Assembly (NCBI RefSeq): GCF_050633425.1
Contig: NZ_JBOEGM010000013.1
Location: 54,511 to 118,510, forward strand
Length of the DNA stretch: 64,000 nt
From: Pelagimonas sp.
GTDB taxonomy: Bacteria > Pseudomonadota > Alphaproteobacteria > Rhodobacterales > Rhodobacteraceae
Direction of reading: 5' to 3'
Shown: positions 1-9,230 of the stretch, piece by piece
Numbering within the stretch: the first letter of the stretch is position 1
How the letters are laid out: each line of letters starts with the position of its first letter
Position numbers and translations under genes: made by a program
The notes under the pieces: model-generated
The model's database searches: none
Seen by the model: only the letters and a program-made list of their open reading frames with translations
Told to the model about the DNA's origin: nothing

Positions 1-1119
1 CGTACCAAGACTCGCCAGTTGAAGAGCATGGCCAACATCAAAGCGGTAGAGGTAATCGCGCAAACGAATCAAGGTGTCCCAGCACTGCCAGAGGATTTTG
101 ACCCCGACCCATTGCTCCTTGGAACGCCGTCCGTCACGGTTGATCTCCGCACCGGTAAAATGAGGCCTGCACGACGTCAGGACATGATCTCAAGGCAGAC
201 CAATTGTGGGCCTGCTGACCTTTCCTCTGTACCAACCCTCTGGCTTTCGTTCCTTGAACGAATCTTCAATGGCGACCAGGAGATTATTGACTTTATGCAG
301 CGAGCCGCAGGCTATGCTCTGACGGGAATGAACGAAGAGCACAAATTCTTGTTCCTTCATGGCAGCGGGCGAAACGGAAAAAGCGTTTTTCTCGAAACCC
401 TGAGGTTTGTGATGGGGGACTACGCCACAACTGCTAGCTCTAACCTTTTGCTTGCGTCGAAGTATCAAAAGTCCACAGAAGGAATTGCAGCACTACGAGG
501 CGCACGTTTTGTTTCCGCATCCGAGATTCCGAAACGGGCAACATGGGACGAGTCACTATTGAAACAATTGACCGGCGGTGAGGCTGTCACAGCGCGCTTC
601 TTGTACCAGAACAATCTGACCTTTGTGCCTGAGCTAACTTTGATGATTGCTGGTAACGAAAAGCCAAGTTTGGAAAGCGTTGATCCAGCAATGAGGGCGA
701 GGTTTGTTTTGGTCCCATTCAATGTTCAAATTCCAGAAGAAGAACGCGATCCTCACCTTGGCGCAAAGCTGAGGGCTGAGGCACCGAAGATTCTGAGCTG
801 GATGATACAAGGTGCCCTGCAATGGCAAGCACATAGCTTGGCGGTGCCCGAGGTGATTAGGGTGGCATCCGATGTTTACCTGGAAGAAGAGAACATCATT
901 CAGAACTTCCTAGACGACGAAACGGAGGTCGACGCCGCGTCGAACGTTCCCACCCAGGGCCTCTTCTCGCGATATCAAGAATGGTGCAAGAACCAAGGTA
1001 TCCAGCCGCAGATCAAGAAGGCATTCAAGAATGATCTGATCATGCTTGGCTTCAGGGAAACGAAGCCTGGAAATTGTCGCGTGATCAACGGCCTTCGTCT
1101 TCGTAGTTTGTTGCCCTAA
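1..1119 (+). CDS. Phage/plasmid P4-type DNA primase, C-terminal region (5' end truncated by window edge; frame open from nt 1)
   Basis: The translation carries the 'EEHKFLFLHGSGRNGKSVF' Walker-A-like motif and the D5_N/PriCT-like C-terminal region typical of P4-family primases. The frame is open to the window start. The gene lies on the 3' side of a tRNA gene. Confidence 0.75.
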   Translation, partial: RTKTRQLKSMANIKAVEVIAQTNQGVPALPEDFDPDPLLLGTPSVTVDLRTGKMRPARRQDMISRQTNCGPADLSSVPTLWLSFLERIFNGDQEIIDFMQRAAGYALTGMNEEHKFLFLHGSGRNGKSVFLETLRFVMGDYATTASSNLLLASKYQKSTEGIAALRGARFVSASEIPKRATWDESLLKQLTGGEAVTARFLYQNNLTFVPELTLMIAGNEKPSLESVDPAMRARFVLVPFNVQIPEEERDPHLGAKLRAEAPKILSWMIQGALQWQAHSLAVPEVIRVASDVYLEEENIIQNFLDDETEVDAASNVPTQGLFSRYQEWCKNQGIQPQIKKAFKNDLIMLGFRETKPGNCRVINGLRLRSLLP

Positions 1120-1626
1120 ATTGACTTGCCACAGCTGGGAGTGCCCTCCTGGCTGTGGCTCCTAATCGGGTCAGTTCAGGTCATCGGTAACGTACCAAAA
1201 ATCCAGAAATTCCGTTTCTTCCGGTACTAGGTCAATTTTGAAACAGAGTATTTTCTATCGATGTTTATGTGAAAACCGGTTTTTTTGGAGGTTTTGGTGA
1301 GAGCCTGGTGCTGATGATGAAAGATACCCTTGCGTCGGTTGGTTCCAGATTTGCCTTGATTTAACCATTTGAGACGCTCTGGTGGTGACAACAGCAGCTT
1401 GGTTTCTTTGACGTATTGCCGTCTTTCAGCCATGTTTTCTGCCGGAATATTTTTGCATGTCATTCCTCGGATTGGCTCTTTCCTCTTCTTATGCACTAAC
1501 GGGCGGACCAGAATTTCCAAGGTATCCCCCCCCCGGCCTTCAACACCCAACACAAGGGGCTGACGCCCCCATTGGATTTGGCACAGGCCAATGACCCAAG
1601 CCAATCAGAATGAAGGAGTACCTTGA

Positions 1627-1980
1627 ATGGCCGGAATATTCTTGTCCGCACGCAACCTGATCACGACCACCATCGACACAACAAGTAACGTAGTTTCTGC
1701 CACAGGGGCGCTGATCCGCACCGCAACCGATGGAGTGGACACGCTCGATCATGCCGCACAGGCTTACTACAGCAGCATCAAAGCAGGTGCATTTGAACGC
1801 AAAGCCTGCGCCGAGAAAGAGGCAATCCTGTCCGAAGTGCGTCGCCATGTGAATGTCATGGCTGAACTGGAGCAGGACATGCGGCGTCACCCTGACATCT
1901 ACAAAGAGTTTGAAACGCTGTCAGAGGCCTCTATGAAGCGTTGGGAAGGTAAGCAAGGGCAAAGAGAGACGGACGACTAG
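1627..1980 (+). CDS. Hypothetical protein (117 aa) in primase-tRNA interval
   Basis: An AAGGAG ribosome-binding site sits about 7 nt upstream of the ATG. The ORF is clean but I recognise no family. Confidence 0.4.
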   Translation: MAGIFLSARNLITTTIDTTSNVVSATGALIRTATDGVDTLDHAAQAYYSSIKAGAFERKACAEKEAILSEVRRHVNVMAELEQDMRRHPDIYKEFETLSEASMKRWEGKQGQRETDD

Positions 1981-2471
1981 GTTGCCTAAGAGGCCGCTAA
2001 ACGAAAACCTATGCCATTACCCCAAAGCTATTGGGTGAGACAGCGATCAGCGCGAGCAGGTCGCTGACCTCATTGTGGCCGATAGAAAGGGCCAAAATCG
2101 ATGACGCAGGGCATGCCTGCCACATTCTACTGGCGGCTCGATCACCGGCGGATACGTTTAGAGAGAGTACGGTTCCTGTGGCGCTTGTCTTGTTCGTGGA
2201 ACGGTTGCCCCTGGTACCAAACGAGGACCGACTATTCCGATACATCCATTGTTCGTGACCCCGCAGGGCCAATCGACTTAGTTGCATGGTGGAAGCCTAG
2301 AATCTAAAGTCCGATCCAATGAATAAAGCCTACTATAATCGCCCTATAAGCTATCCAAAAACAACGACCTAGGGAAGTCTAGCTCTCCACCGGAGTTGGG
2401 GGCTATAGTGGGGACCAAACTTATCGTTAACCCATTTTCGGCATAAAAATCAATTACTTAAATTGATTTAA

Positions 2472-2547
2472 TGGTGCCCGGGGGCGGAATCGAACCACCG
2501 ACACGAGGATTTTCAATCCACTGCTCTACCCCTGAGCTACCCGGGCA
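2472..2547 (-). tRNA. tRNA-Phe (anticodon GAA)
   Basis: The reverse complement reads GCCCGGGTAGCTCAGGGGTAGAGCAGTGGATTGAAAATCCTCGTGTCGGTGGTTCGATTCCGCCCCCGGGCACCA. It is a cloverleaf with a GAA anticodon, a GGTTCGATTCC T-arm and an encoded CCA. Confidence 0.85.
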
Positions 2548-3239
2548 TGGGTGAAGGTCTGTCCTTCGGGTGAGGGGCGGTCTAAACGAGGTAGCAAAGA
2601 GTGTCCAGTGCCTTTTTGAAGAAAAATGCATCGGTGCGCAGACGGAGGTGTTTTTCGCTTTCTGATCAATCTCCAGCATTGCAGATTTTTCCTACTATCC
2701 CCAAATTTGTTCTCCTTGCAATCCGCGTTGATTGGATGTTTGTCATCATGGAGATGGGGTAAAAAATTATTTTTCTCATGAGGTTAACGTGATTTTCGGT
2801 TTCATTAAGGAGTGTTTTCTTGTGCGCTTCTAGGGTTCTCGCCGCACCTGTTTCTTCTTCGCCTACGCAATACAAATGGCCCTTTTCCAGGACAAGTGTT
2901 GGCTGATGTTAGGTTCGTCAGGAACGTATCATGGCCGAAAGATAGTATCGTCGACCAAACATTTACAAGAATGAGCGAGGCGGCCTGAATGGATGAAACA
3001 AAAGGCCGCATAAATACCAAGGTTCACGCGATCTGTGATGGCCCGCACTTACCTTGTATTTGGTTTGTCACCGCCTGTGGGGCGGTGGACGCGTCATGAT
3101 TTGATGCCGATCTTTTGATGATTTCGGGGCGAGGGAGACGAGTTTTGTACGCAGTGCGAACGGAAGAGTTTCGAGTGGATTCGACGTGAAACGTTCTGAT
3201 CTGCAGTCTCACAAGCACACCTAATTTTGCTAATCGCGT

Positions 3240-3470
3240 CGATGAGGCTACAAAATCGGCCGTGATGAAATCCGCTATCTACTTCGCTGAGTATGGCCAG
3301 GTCCGCACGACCAATGAGTTGTGCAGTTTGGCGTCTTTGTCTCTACGCGGTGCGGGCCGATCTGGATGACTGGCTGCGCCTATAAAACCACGAGCGCACG
3401 TATCAGTGAAAATGTGTTACTGCAGAACACCCATTGAAACTATGATCTAGGGGAAAAAATCTGGCGGGAA
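3240..3470 (+). pseudogene. Remnant of an rve-family (IS3/IS481-like) transposase C-terminus
   Basis: One frame reads '...DLDDWLRL*NHERTYQ*' and continues after frameshifts as '..CYCRTPIETMI'. This matches the conserved integrase-core tail (W..YN..RPH..LGY.TP.E) but is interrupted by an in-frame stop and frameshifts. Confidence 0.5.
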
Positions 3471-4000
3471 AAGTTCATGAACTTCGCTTGACTGGCACCG
3501 CCCATAAAACGGAAAACTGTCAGATCAAATCTCATCCACTACACTTTATTCGTTTGGTTTTGTTTGTGGTGCGAAGCGTCAGTTTGTGGCCTTCGAAGTA
3601 AGTGGAGCTTGTGGCGTTTTTTGCACCATATTGGAAATGGCTGATGCCATGTTTACCGTTTTTGCTCCGCGTCTACGAGCTTGGTGAGGCATTCTGCCAT
3701 CGGGTGCTGTACTTGTTCTCTTCGCGACCACAGTTTCTCGATCTCTTGGGGGGAGACCTTGCGATCTGAGTGGCGTCAGCCTCAATGGTGCTGCCATCAA
3801 CAGCTGGGTCTGTGCCGCCGACAAAGCCGTAGCCCACGCATTTTTCAACAACGTTCTCAAACAGGCGACACATAATATCGCCATCGGCAAAACGGTCCCC
3901 TCGGCAGCATCCCTTTGATACGCCTGCCGGGCAAATGCATGCCGGTTTTTCGAAAACTTTGAGGGTCAGGTTCGCGGCCGTCCAGGCTCAACTTGCAAAA

Positions 4001-4270
4001 TCACCGATACGCCAGATTTAGATGGGCATCGTCGACCAAGCGCCGCTCTGAGCGGAAGCCATACAGATAGGCCACCAACGTCATGCGCAACATGAAGTCA
4101 GGGTAGACAGGCGGGCGGCCCGTATGAGTGTACAGGGACGCCAACTCATTGCGAACCGCGTCGAAACCTAGAAGCCAATCGATTTTGCGAAGTAAGTGGT
4201 TTTTTAGGGACATGATTCTCAAGCCTGAACCGTTAAAACTGATTTTTTGCGTTTCTGGCTGTCCCATCAT
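4001..4270 (-). pseudogene. IS5-family transposase N-terminal fragment
   Basis: The 89-aa ORF carries 'RPPVYPDFMLRMTLVAYLYGFRSERRLVDDAHLNLAYR', typical of IS5/IS1182 transposase N-termini. No DDE domain follows. Confidence 0.6.
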
Positions 4271-4486
4271 CTCTGAGTTCTTCTAATATTTGGAGAGATT
4301 GAAACAGTGGTTTGATTTTTAATTAGTAATAGATTTTTCTCCAGTATCGACCGTTTTAGATCTGCCGATAAAATCGGATTTTTACTGGCGTAAATGACTG
4401 GGTCGAGATGGCCGTTTGATACTAGATAAAAAATCCAGGGAAACAAACTCTGCATATTGGGTTTTTTCTAGAATCGACTTAGTCTT

Positions 4487-4687
4487 TTGACGTCGCAACT
4501 AACAGTTGGTGTTATGAAAAAGCTGTCAAAGAATGGGCCTCAAATAGCCATAATTTTCTTGTCCATTTCAAACCTATTTGTGATGCACGTGCTTGGATAT
4601 CACATGCCCTTGCTATCAATTGTAATTCTTGTTGTGAGCGCCTTTTTAATTCTTAAATTAGTGGGAAAGATTAGTAATGGGAAGTGA
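4487..4687 (+). CDS. Small putative membrane protein (2 predicted TM helices)
   Basis: A 66-aa ORF with two hydrophobic stretches in a low-GC stretch. No family recognised. Confidence 0.3.
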   Translation: MTSQLTVGVMKKLSKNGPQIAIIFLSISNLFVMHVLGYHMPLLSIVILVVSAFLILKLVGKISNGK

Positions 4688-4976
4688 TGTTTACCCAGAC
4701 GCTATTATTGATACAAATACTGGGCAAATTTTGAATGCAGCGGAACTGTTGGAGAATGTTCCAGAAAAAGATTTGGCAAGTCTTGAGGCCATCGCAGAAA
4801 CTGAAGTGCTTTTCGAAGCGCTGGTCAGGCTGGGATCTGGTCTGACGATTCCCGGAGGTGGGGGGATAGCTGGGGCGGTTCGACTGGGTCTGGCAAAAAC
4901 CGTGATGGTGGAAGCAGGAGGCATATTGGTCACGGGTGGATTTGTAGCTGGTGTTACAGGGGGGGCGGAAACTTAA
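4677..4976 (+). CDS. Gly-rich small protein (glycine-zipper-like C-terminus)
   Basis: A 99-aa ORF whose C-terminus reads 'GGGGIAGAVRLGLAKTVMVEAGGILVTGGFVAGVTGG' (GxxxG repeats). It overlaps the preceding small membrane ORF by 11 nt. Confidence 0.3.
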   Translation: MGSDVYPDAIIDTNTGQILNAAELLENVPEKDLASLEAIAETEVLFEALVRLGSGLTIPGGGGIAGAVRLGLAKTVMVEAGGILVTGGFVAGVTGGAET

Positions 4977-5423
4977 GCAATGTATCTCAAGCGGTTTTAT
5001 CGTTGGGGAAAGGGGAAGGAATACCTCAACTTGTCGGAGATGCATATGTGCAGGAAGTCCTTGTACCTGAAATGAAGCGCAACACCCTCGGCGTTCAAGC
5101 TTTGAAGGAGTTGTATCCAGGGTTAACTGCACAGCAGATCGTGCCGGTGTACGAAAGTTGGGCAGGCCATCCAATCGATCCGCAGTCTGGAGTGTTCCCC
5201 ACATTAACAGGCGCTAGAGTCTGGAACATCTCTAGACCGAACATCGTCGGGGACGCCTGCTGGACCAACTCATCCATAATAATCCTCCGAACCAAATGTG
5301 CCTAGCAATGTGCGGGATGAATTGGATTAAGATGAACGAGCTAACGCTGGATCTGACCCTAACAATGTCTCCGAAACTAATGGCCCTTCCAGCACAGGAA
5401 GGACTAGCGACCCAAATTAAGTC

Positions 5424-5750
5424 TTGGAGACCAATACGCACGTTGTTGGAAGTTCGCCTTCCACGGAACTGCCTGGTGACGTTCTTGATATGTCTTGTAA
5501 TCCTTGCCTCGTCATTCTCGATCTCGGTGGTGACGGTGTGGAAATCGCCTTCGGCACGTCTGTTTACTTTGACATGGACAACGACGGTTTCCGTAAGGAA
5601 ACGTCTTAGGCCGCTGATGCCGATGGTTTCTTGGTCATCGATTTGGCGGCTGGGTTTGATCCTTCTGCTGTCTCCGAAATTGATGGAAGCACCCGAGATG
5701 TGTTGGATACAGGTGACGGTGTTATTGATCAAACCAACGAGTTGATCTTG
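5424..5750 (+). pseudogene. Fragment of a large secreted Ca-binding repeat (RTX/T1SS-like) protein
   Basis: The frame reads '..LDLGGDGVEIAFGTSVYFDMDNDGFRKETS*AADADGFLVIDLAAGFDPSAVSEIDGSTRDVLDTGDGVID..', i.e. D-x-D-G-type repeats broken by an in-frame stop. No N-terminal body is present. Confidence 0.45.
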
Positions 5751-5760
5751 TCCAAATGGG

Positions 5761-6250
5761 GTGAAGAGGACGATATTAACCTACAGGCGATTGGACACGG
5801 TGAATAAGCAGTTCCGGGCCTCAATGCTAAACGAGTTGTGGGTGTCCTATTTTACATTCGTGTCCACCTGGCGCGGATTTGTCTACGTGGCCTTTGTCAT
5901 CGACACCTTTGCGAATCGCATCGTCGGCTGGAAGGCATCGATGAAAAAGGACACGCAGTTTGTTTTGGATGCTTTGGAACAAACCATCTACGCGCGCAAA
6001 CTCGATGGCCGAGACGATAATCGGCTTGTTCAAAACGGAAATTATCACCTGCCTCGGTCCTTGAAAGCCAAAGGATCAAGTTGAGCGGGACACCCTGCAG
6101 TGGGTCGATTGGTTCAACAAAGAACGCCTGCTTGCGCCTCTGGCATACATCACGCCAACCGAATCTGAGGGGAAAAACGAACAGGCCTTGAAATCAGACA
6201 AAACCGCAGCTTGAAATGCGAACTCAACATTCTCCTGCAAAACCGGGGAG
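5761..6250 (+). pseudogene. IS3-family transposase (orfB) pseudogene
   Basis: 'ELWVSYFTFVSTWRGFVYVAFVIDTFANRIVGWKAS' is an integrase-core motif. The frame then breaks, and downstream fragments ('LQWVDWFNKERLL..', 'ITPTESE') lie in other frames. Confidence 0.65.
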
Positions 6251-6443
6251 GTTCAGCTGGATAAGCCCCATCGCATTCGAACCGAAGTTGGCATAAACGA
6301 GTAGCCGAAGCGGGACTTAATCCTATTGGGGCCAACCGCCCTCTTTTCGGTATGCGGTGTGCCTCCAAGACCCCCTACATGTGCCTGAGGCATGAAACCA
6401 ATGGTCTGAGATTTGAACGGGTCGTGAACTCCGTTCGGGCTAT

Positions 6444-8633
6444 TCACGTGATCGAAATATGACCAACGCGATCTGTTGTTGTTCCAATTAGCGACGCGTC
6501 ATAGCCCGCGTCGCGCAGGTCATTTAAAGTCTGTTCAGGCGCAGATTTCACAACCGCCAGTAACCCGCCGGCGGTTTGAGGATCGAACAAAAGGTCATGC
6601 AGCGGGCTCTGTGACAACTCTGGTAAGATCTTTCGATTTTCCTCAAAAAGAGTAGAGTGAATTTCGGTTTGGGCTAATTCGAGAGAACCCGGCAATGTGC
6701 GAATCTCGTTTACTTGCAAAACGGCCCCGACGTTTGAAGCTTGGCATATATTCATCATGTGACCGGCTAGACCGAAGCCAGTGACATCGGTCATTGCAGA
6801 AGCCCCCTTGAGGATTCTGGCGGCACTTGCTTGAGACTGGCACATCGCCTCAATCGCCGCTGCAACCCATTCCCCCTTTGCCGCGCCGATCATTTCGGCC
6901 GCCATGATGACGCCGGTTCCAATCGGTTTGGTTAATATTATGAACTGATTAGGGCCTGCACCTGACAGAGTGATTGGAGGGGTTTCACAGATTCCTGTCA
7001 CGGTGAACCCAATCGTTAGTTCGCAACCGAACGATGTGTGGCCACCAACGATCGCGGCTCCTGCCTTTGTGAAGCACTGGTTTGCCGAAACCATAATTTC
7101 GCGAAGGCTACGTTGGGCCAAATCCGTTGTCATTTGGGGCAGGATAATGTTGGCCGTAGCAGCTTGTGGAGTTGCTCCCATTGACCAAATGTCGCCCAAG
7201 GCGTGGTTTGCCGCAACTTTGGTCATGGTGACGGGATCTTCGACAAAGGCCCGCAAATGATCCGTGCTGATGACTTGTTTCACACCGCCTGTAAGGAGCA
7301 GTGCCGCATCATCACCAGGTAATGGGATGATGTCCTGTCTGTTTGACAGCGGAAGCCTGGATAGAGTGGTTTGCAATGCCGACTGGCTTACCTTGGATCC
7401 GCAGCCGCCACATAGTGGTTTATCATCGCCATTTTGCGTGGACCCTGAGGCGATTGCCTTTGGCACATGTTTCGGAAGGGCAGGGTGGGCGGACTTGAAC
7501 TTAGCCATAAATGACCGATCAATTCGGTTCTTCAGTCGCCACACGTATGTGCCTTGAAACGAAAAACCAAATCTATCTCCGATCGCGGTTTTCCCACCTA
7601 AGGACACAAGTTTTAGATAATCCTTTTGGGGAGAATAAGACCGCATTGGGCTTGTTTCAGTTAAGCGCGCCCGTAGGTTTGGAAATAGGACATTCGCCTG
7701 GCGAACCGCAAATACACCTGCTTTCGGTCTCGGAGAGTTCGTCATATGCGCACAATCTCCGGCAGCAAAAACCGAAGGGTCTGAGCTTTGTAAGTGTTCA
7801 GAAACTTTAATGAATCCATCGTGGAGCTCCAGCCCGGTTTGGGTGAGCCAGTTTTGCGGGTTCGCGCCTGCTGCACCACAAACAAAGTCGGCTGACAGAA
7901 AATCACCACTAACCATCCGCAAACCGTCTGCTGTGACTTCAGAAATTTCCACCTTTTCAAGAAGGTCAATTTTATTGCCCTGCAGTGCTGACAAAATGCG
8001 TTTGCGCGTACCGGCCCGAATGGCACTTAAGGCGGTCCCACTGTCCAGAATTGAAATGCAGTAGTCGCGGCTTCGTGACCTCAGTGCATGGGCAAAGGCG
8101 AGCGCGATTTCCGATCCCGCGACCCCTCCGCCTATTATTGCAACTCGGGCAGGTCCTTTTTGTTTCAGAAACCTTTCCCACTTACGAGAAAACACATCTA
8201 GAGGTTTTGCCGGCACTCCAAACTCCGAAAAACCTTTCAGATTCGGCATTTTGGTTGTTATGCCGACGTTGATCGAAGCTATATCAAACGAGATGTCCGG
8301 GCGGCCCTGTATTGATACGGTGCGATTGTCTAAGTCAATGTTTTGGACTGATCCAATGACAATGCGAGCTCCGGCAAAACGCGCCAGTTTGACAAGGTCG
8401 ATGTCCAGATCGCGACGTTCATAGTGACCGGCAAGAAAGCCGGGCAACATCCCGCTATATGGTGCCGTAGGACACGAATTAATGAGTGTCACCCTCGCTC
8501 CTGGCAACCGCTTCATTCCCCATTCTCGCAGAACCAGAGCGTGCGTGTGCCCACCACCGACCAGCACCAGATCCCGCGAGAGCGACAATGGCTTAGAATT
8601 CATCTCGGTCTCCCTACAGAAACCGAGTAGCAC
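6444..8633 (-). CDS. selD: Fusion of FAD-dependent pyridine-nucleotide-disulfide oxidoreductase with selenide,water dikinase (SelD)
   Basis: The N-terminal ~400 aa have an FAD/NAD Rossmann motif ('LVLVGGGHTHA', 'VAIIGGGVAGSE'). The C-terminal ~330 aa are SelD/AIR-synthase-like, with the 'CGGCGSK' active-site motif (Cys type) and 'DVTGFGLAGH'. Confidence 0.8.
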   Translation of the reverse strand: MLLGFCRETEMNSKPLSLSRDLVLVGGGHTHALVLREWGMKRLPGARVTLINSCPTAPYSGMLPGFLAGHYERRDLDIDLVKLARFAGARIVIGSVQNIDLDNRTVSIQGRPDISFDIASINVGITTKMPNLKGFSEFGVPAKPLDVFSRKWERFLKQKGPARVAIIGGGVAGSEIALAFAHALRSRSRDYCISILDSGTALSAIRAGTRKRILSALQGNKIDLLEKVEISEVTADGLRMVSGDFLSADFVCGAAGANPQNWLTQTGLELHDGFIKVSEHLQSSDPSVFAAGDCAHMTNSPRPKAGVFAVRQANVLFPNLRARLTETSPMRSYSPQKDYLKLVSLGGKTAIGDRFGFSFQGTYVWRLKNRIDRSFMAKFKSAHPALPKHVPKAIASGSTQNGDDKPLCGGCGSKVSQSALQTTLSRLPLSNRQDIIPLPGDDAALLLTGGVKQVISTDHLRAFVEDPVTMTKVAANHALGDIWSMGATPQAATANIILPQMTTDLAQRSLREIMVSANQCFTKAGAAIVGGHTSFGCELTIGFTVTGICETPPITLSGAGPNQFIILTKPIGTGVIMAAEMIGAAKGEWVAAAIEAMCQSQASAARILKGASAMTDVTGFGLAGHMMNICQASNVGAVLQVNEIRTLPGSLELAQTEIHSTLFEENRKILPELSQSPLHDLLFDPQTAGGLLAVVKSAPEQTLNDLRDAGYDASLIGTTTDRVGHISIT

Positions 8634-8696
8634 GTCTTCCTGTCAAAAACTATTGAGGAGTTGCGGAAGAGTTGCCAAACGCAATGCTCGCAGTTT

Positions 8697-9230
8697 CTAG
8701 AAAAGAGTGATGTCGTCTGTTGGCGTCTTCGGCAGGGCGGCAGGTTTTGGTGCTTCAACTGGGGCCGCATCACTGCTCACCAAGAGCTGTTTTACTTTTC
8801 CGCTTGTCGGCCAAAAACGAATACGCCTAGCCTGAGTGCCTCCGGTGCTCTCTGCCAGACAAGGTATGCCCTCATCCGATAAAAATTGACGCGCAAACTC
8901 GGCGTTTGAGCCTCCAATGTCCCGCAATGTGCCTATCATATTGCCGCCCCCAAACACCTTTGCTTGCAACTGACCTCGCTCGGCACCTTGTTTCAAAAGA
9001 CCGTTGATCAAAAGTTCCATTGCATACGCACCGTATCGAACGTTCTCTCCGCCGACGCCTTCTCGGTTGGGAAGCAGAAAGTGATTCATTCCGCCGATTC
9101 CTCGAACCGTGTCAGACAGGCAAACGGCGATACAAGAGCCAAGAACAGTTGTCAAAACAGCTTCGGCATCGTCCGAAATGATATAATCGCCTTGGATTAC
9201 ATTGACTAGCTTTTCGCGATGAAAGCTCAT
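8697..9230 (-). CDS. cheD: Chemoreceptor glutamine deamidase CheD
   Basis: 'VLTTVLGSCIAVCLSD..GGMNHFLLP' is the CheD signature. Confidence 0.8.
   Translation of the reverse strand: MSFHREKLVNVIQGDYIISDDAEAVLTTVLGSCIAVCLSDTVRGIGGMNHFLLPNREGVGGENVRYGAYAMELLINGLLKQGAERGQLQAKVFGGGNMIGTLRDIGGSNAEFARQFLSDEGIPCLAESTGGTQARRIRFWPTSGKVKQLLVSSDAAPVEAPKPAALPKTPTDDITLF

Noticed and set aside
3673-3960. Cys-rich minus-strand ORF ('CICPAGVSKGCCRGDRF') in the remnant region
   Set aside because: No recognisable family or start context, and it sits in a region of decayed gene fragments. Too weak to call, though a Zn-ribbon or RiPP precursor cannot be excluded.
4671-5204. 177-aa minus-strand ORF overlapping the Gly-rich small ORFs
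   Set aside because: Pro/Ser/Thr-rich low-complexity translation antisense to the more plausible plus-strand ORFs. No start-site support.
6240-6440. Possible tRNA remnant or att repeat at the junction between the IS graveyard and selD (contains GGTTCAAATC-like string on the minus strand)
   Set aside because: No cloverleaf could be drawn and there is no match to the tRNA-Phe 3' end. It is more likely IS3 terminal sequence.
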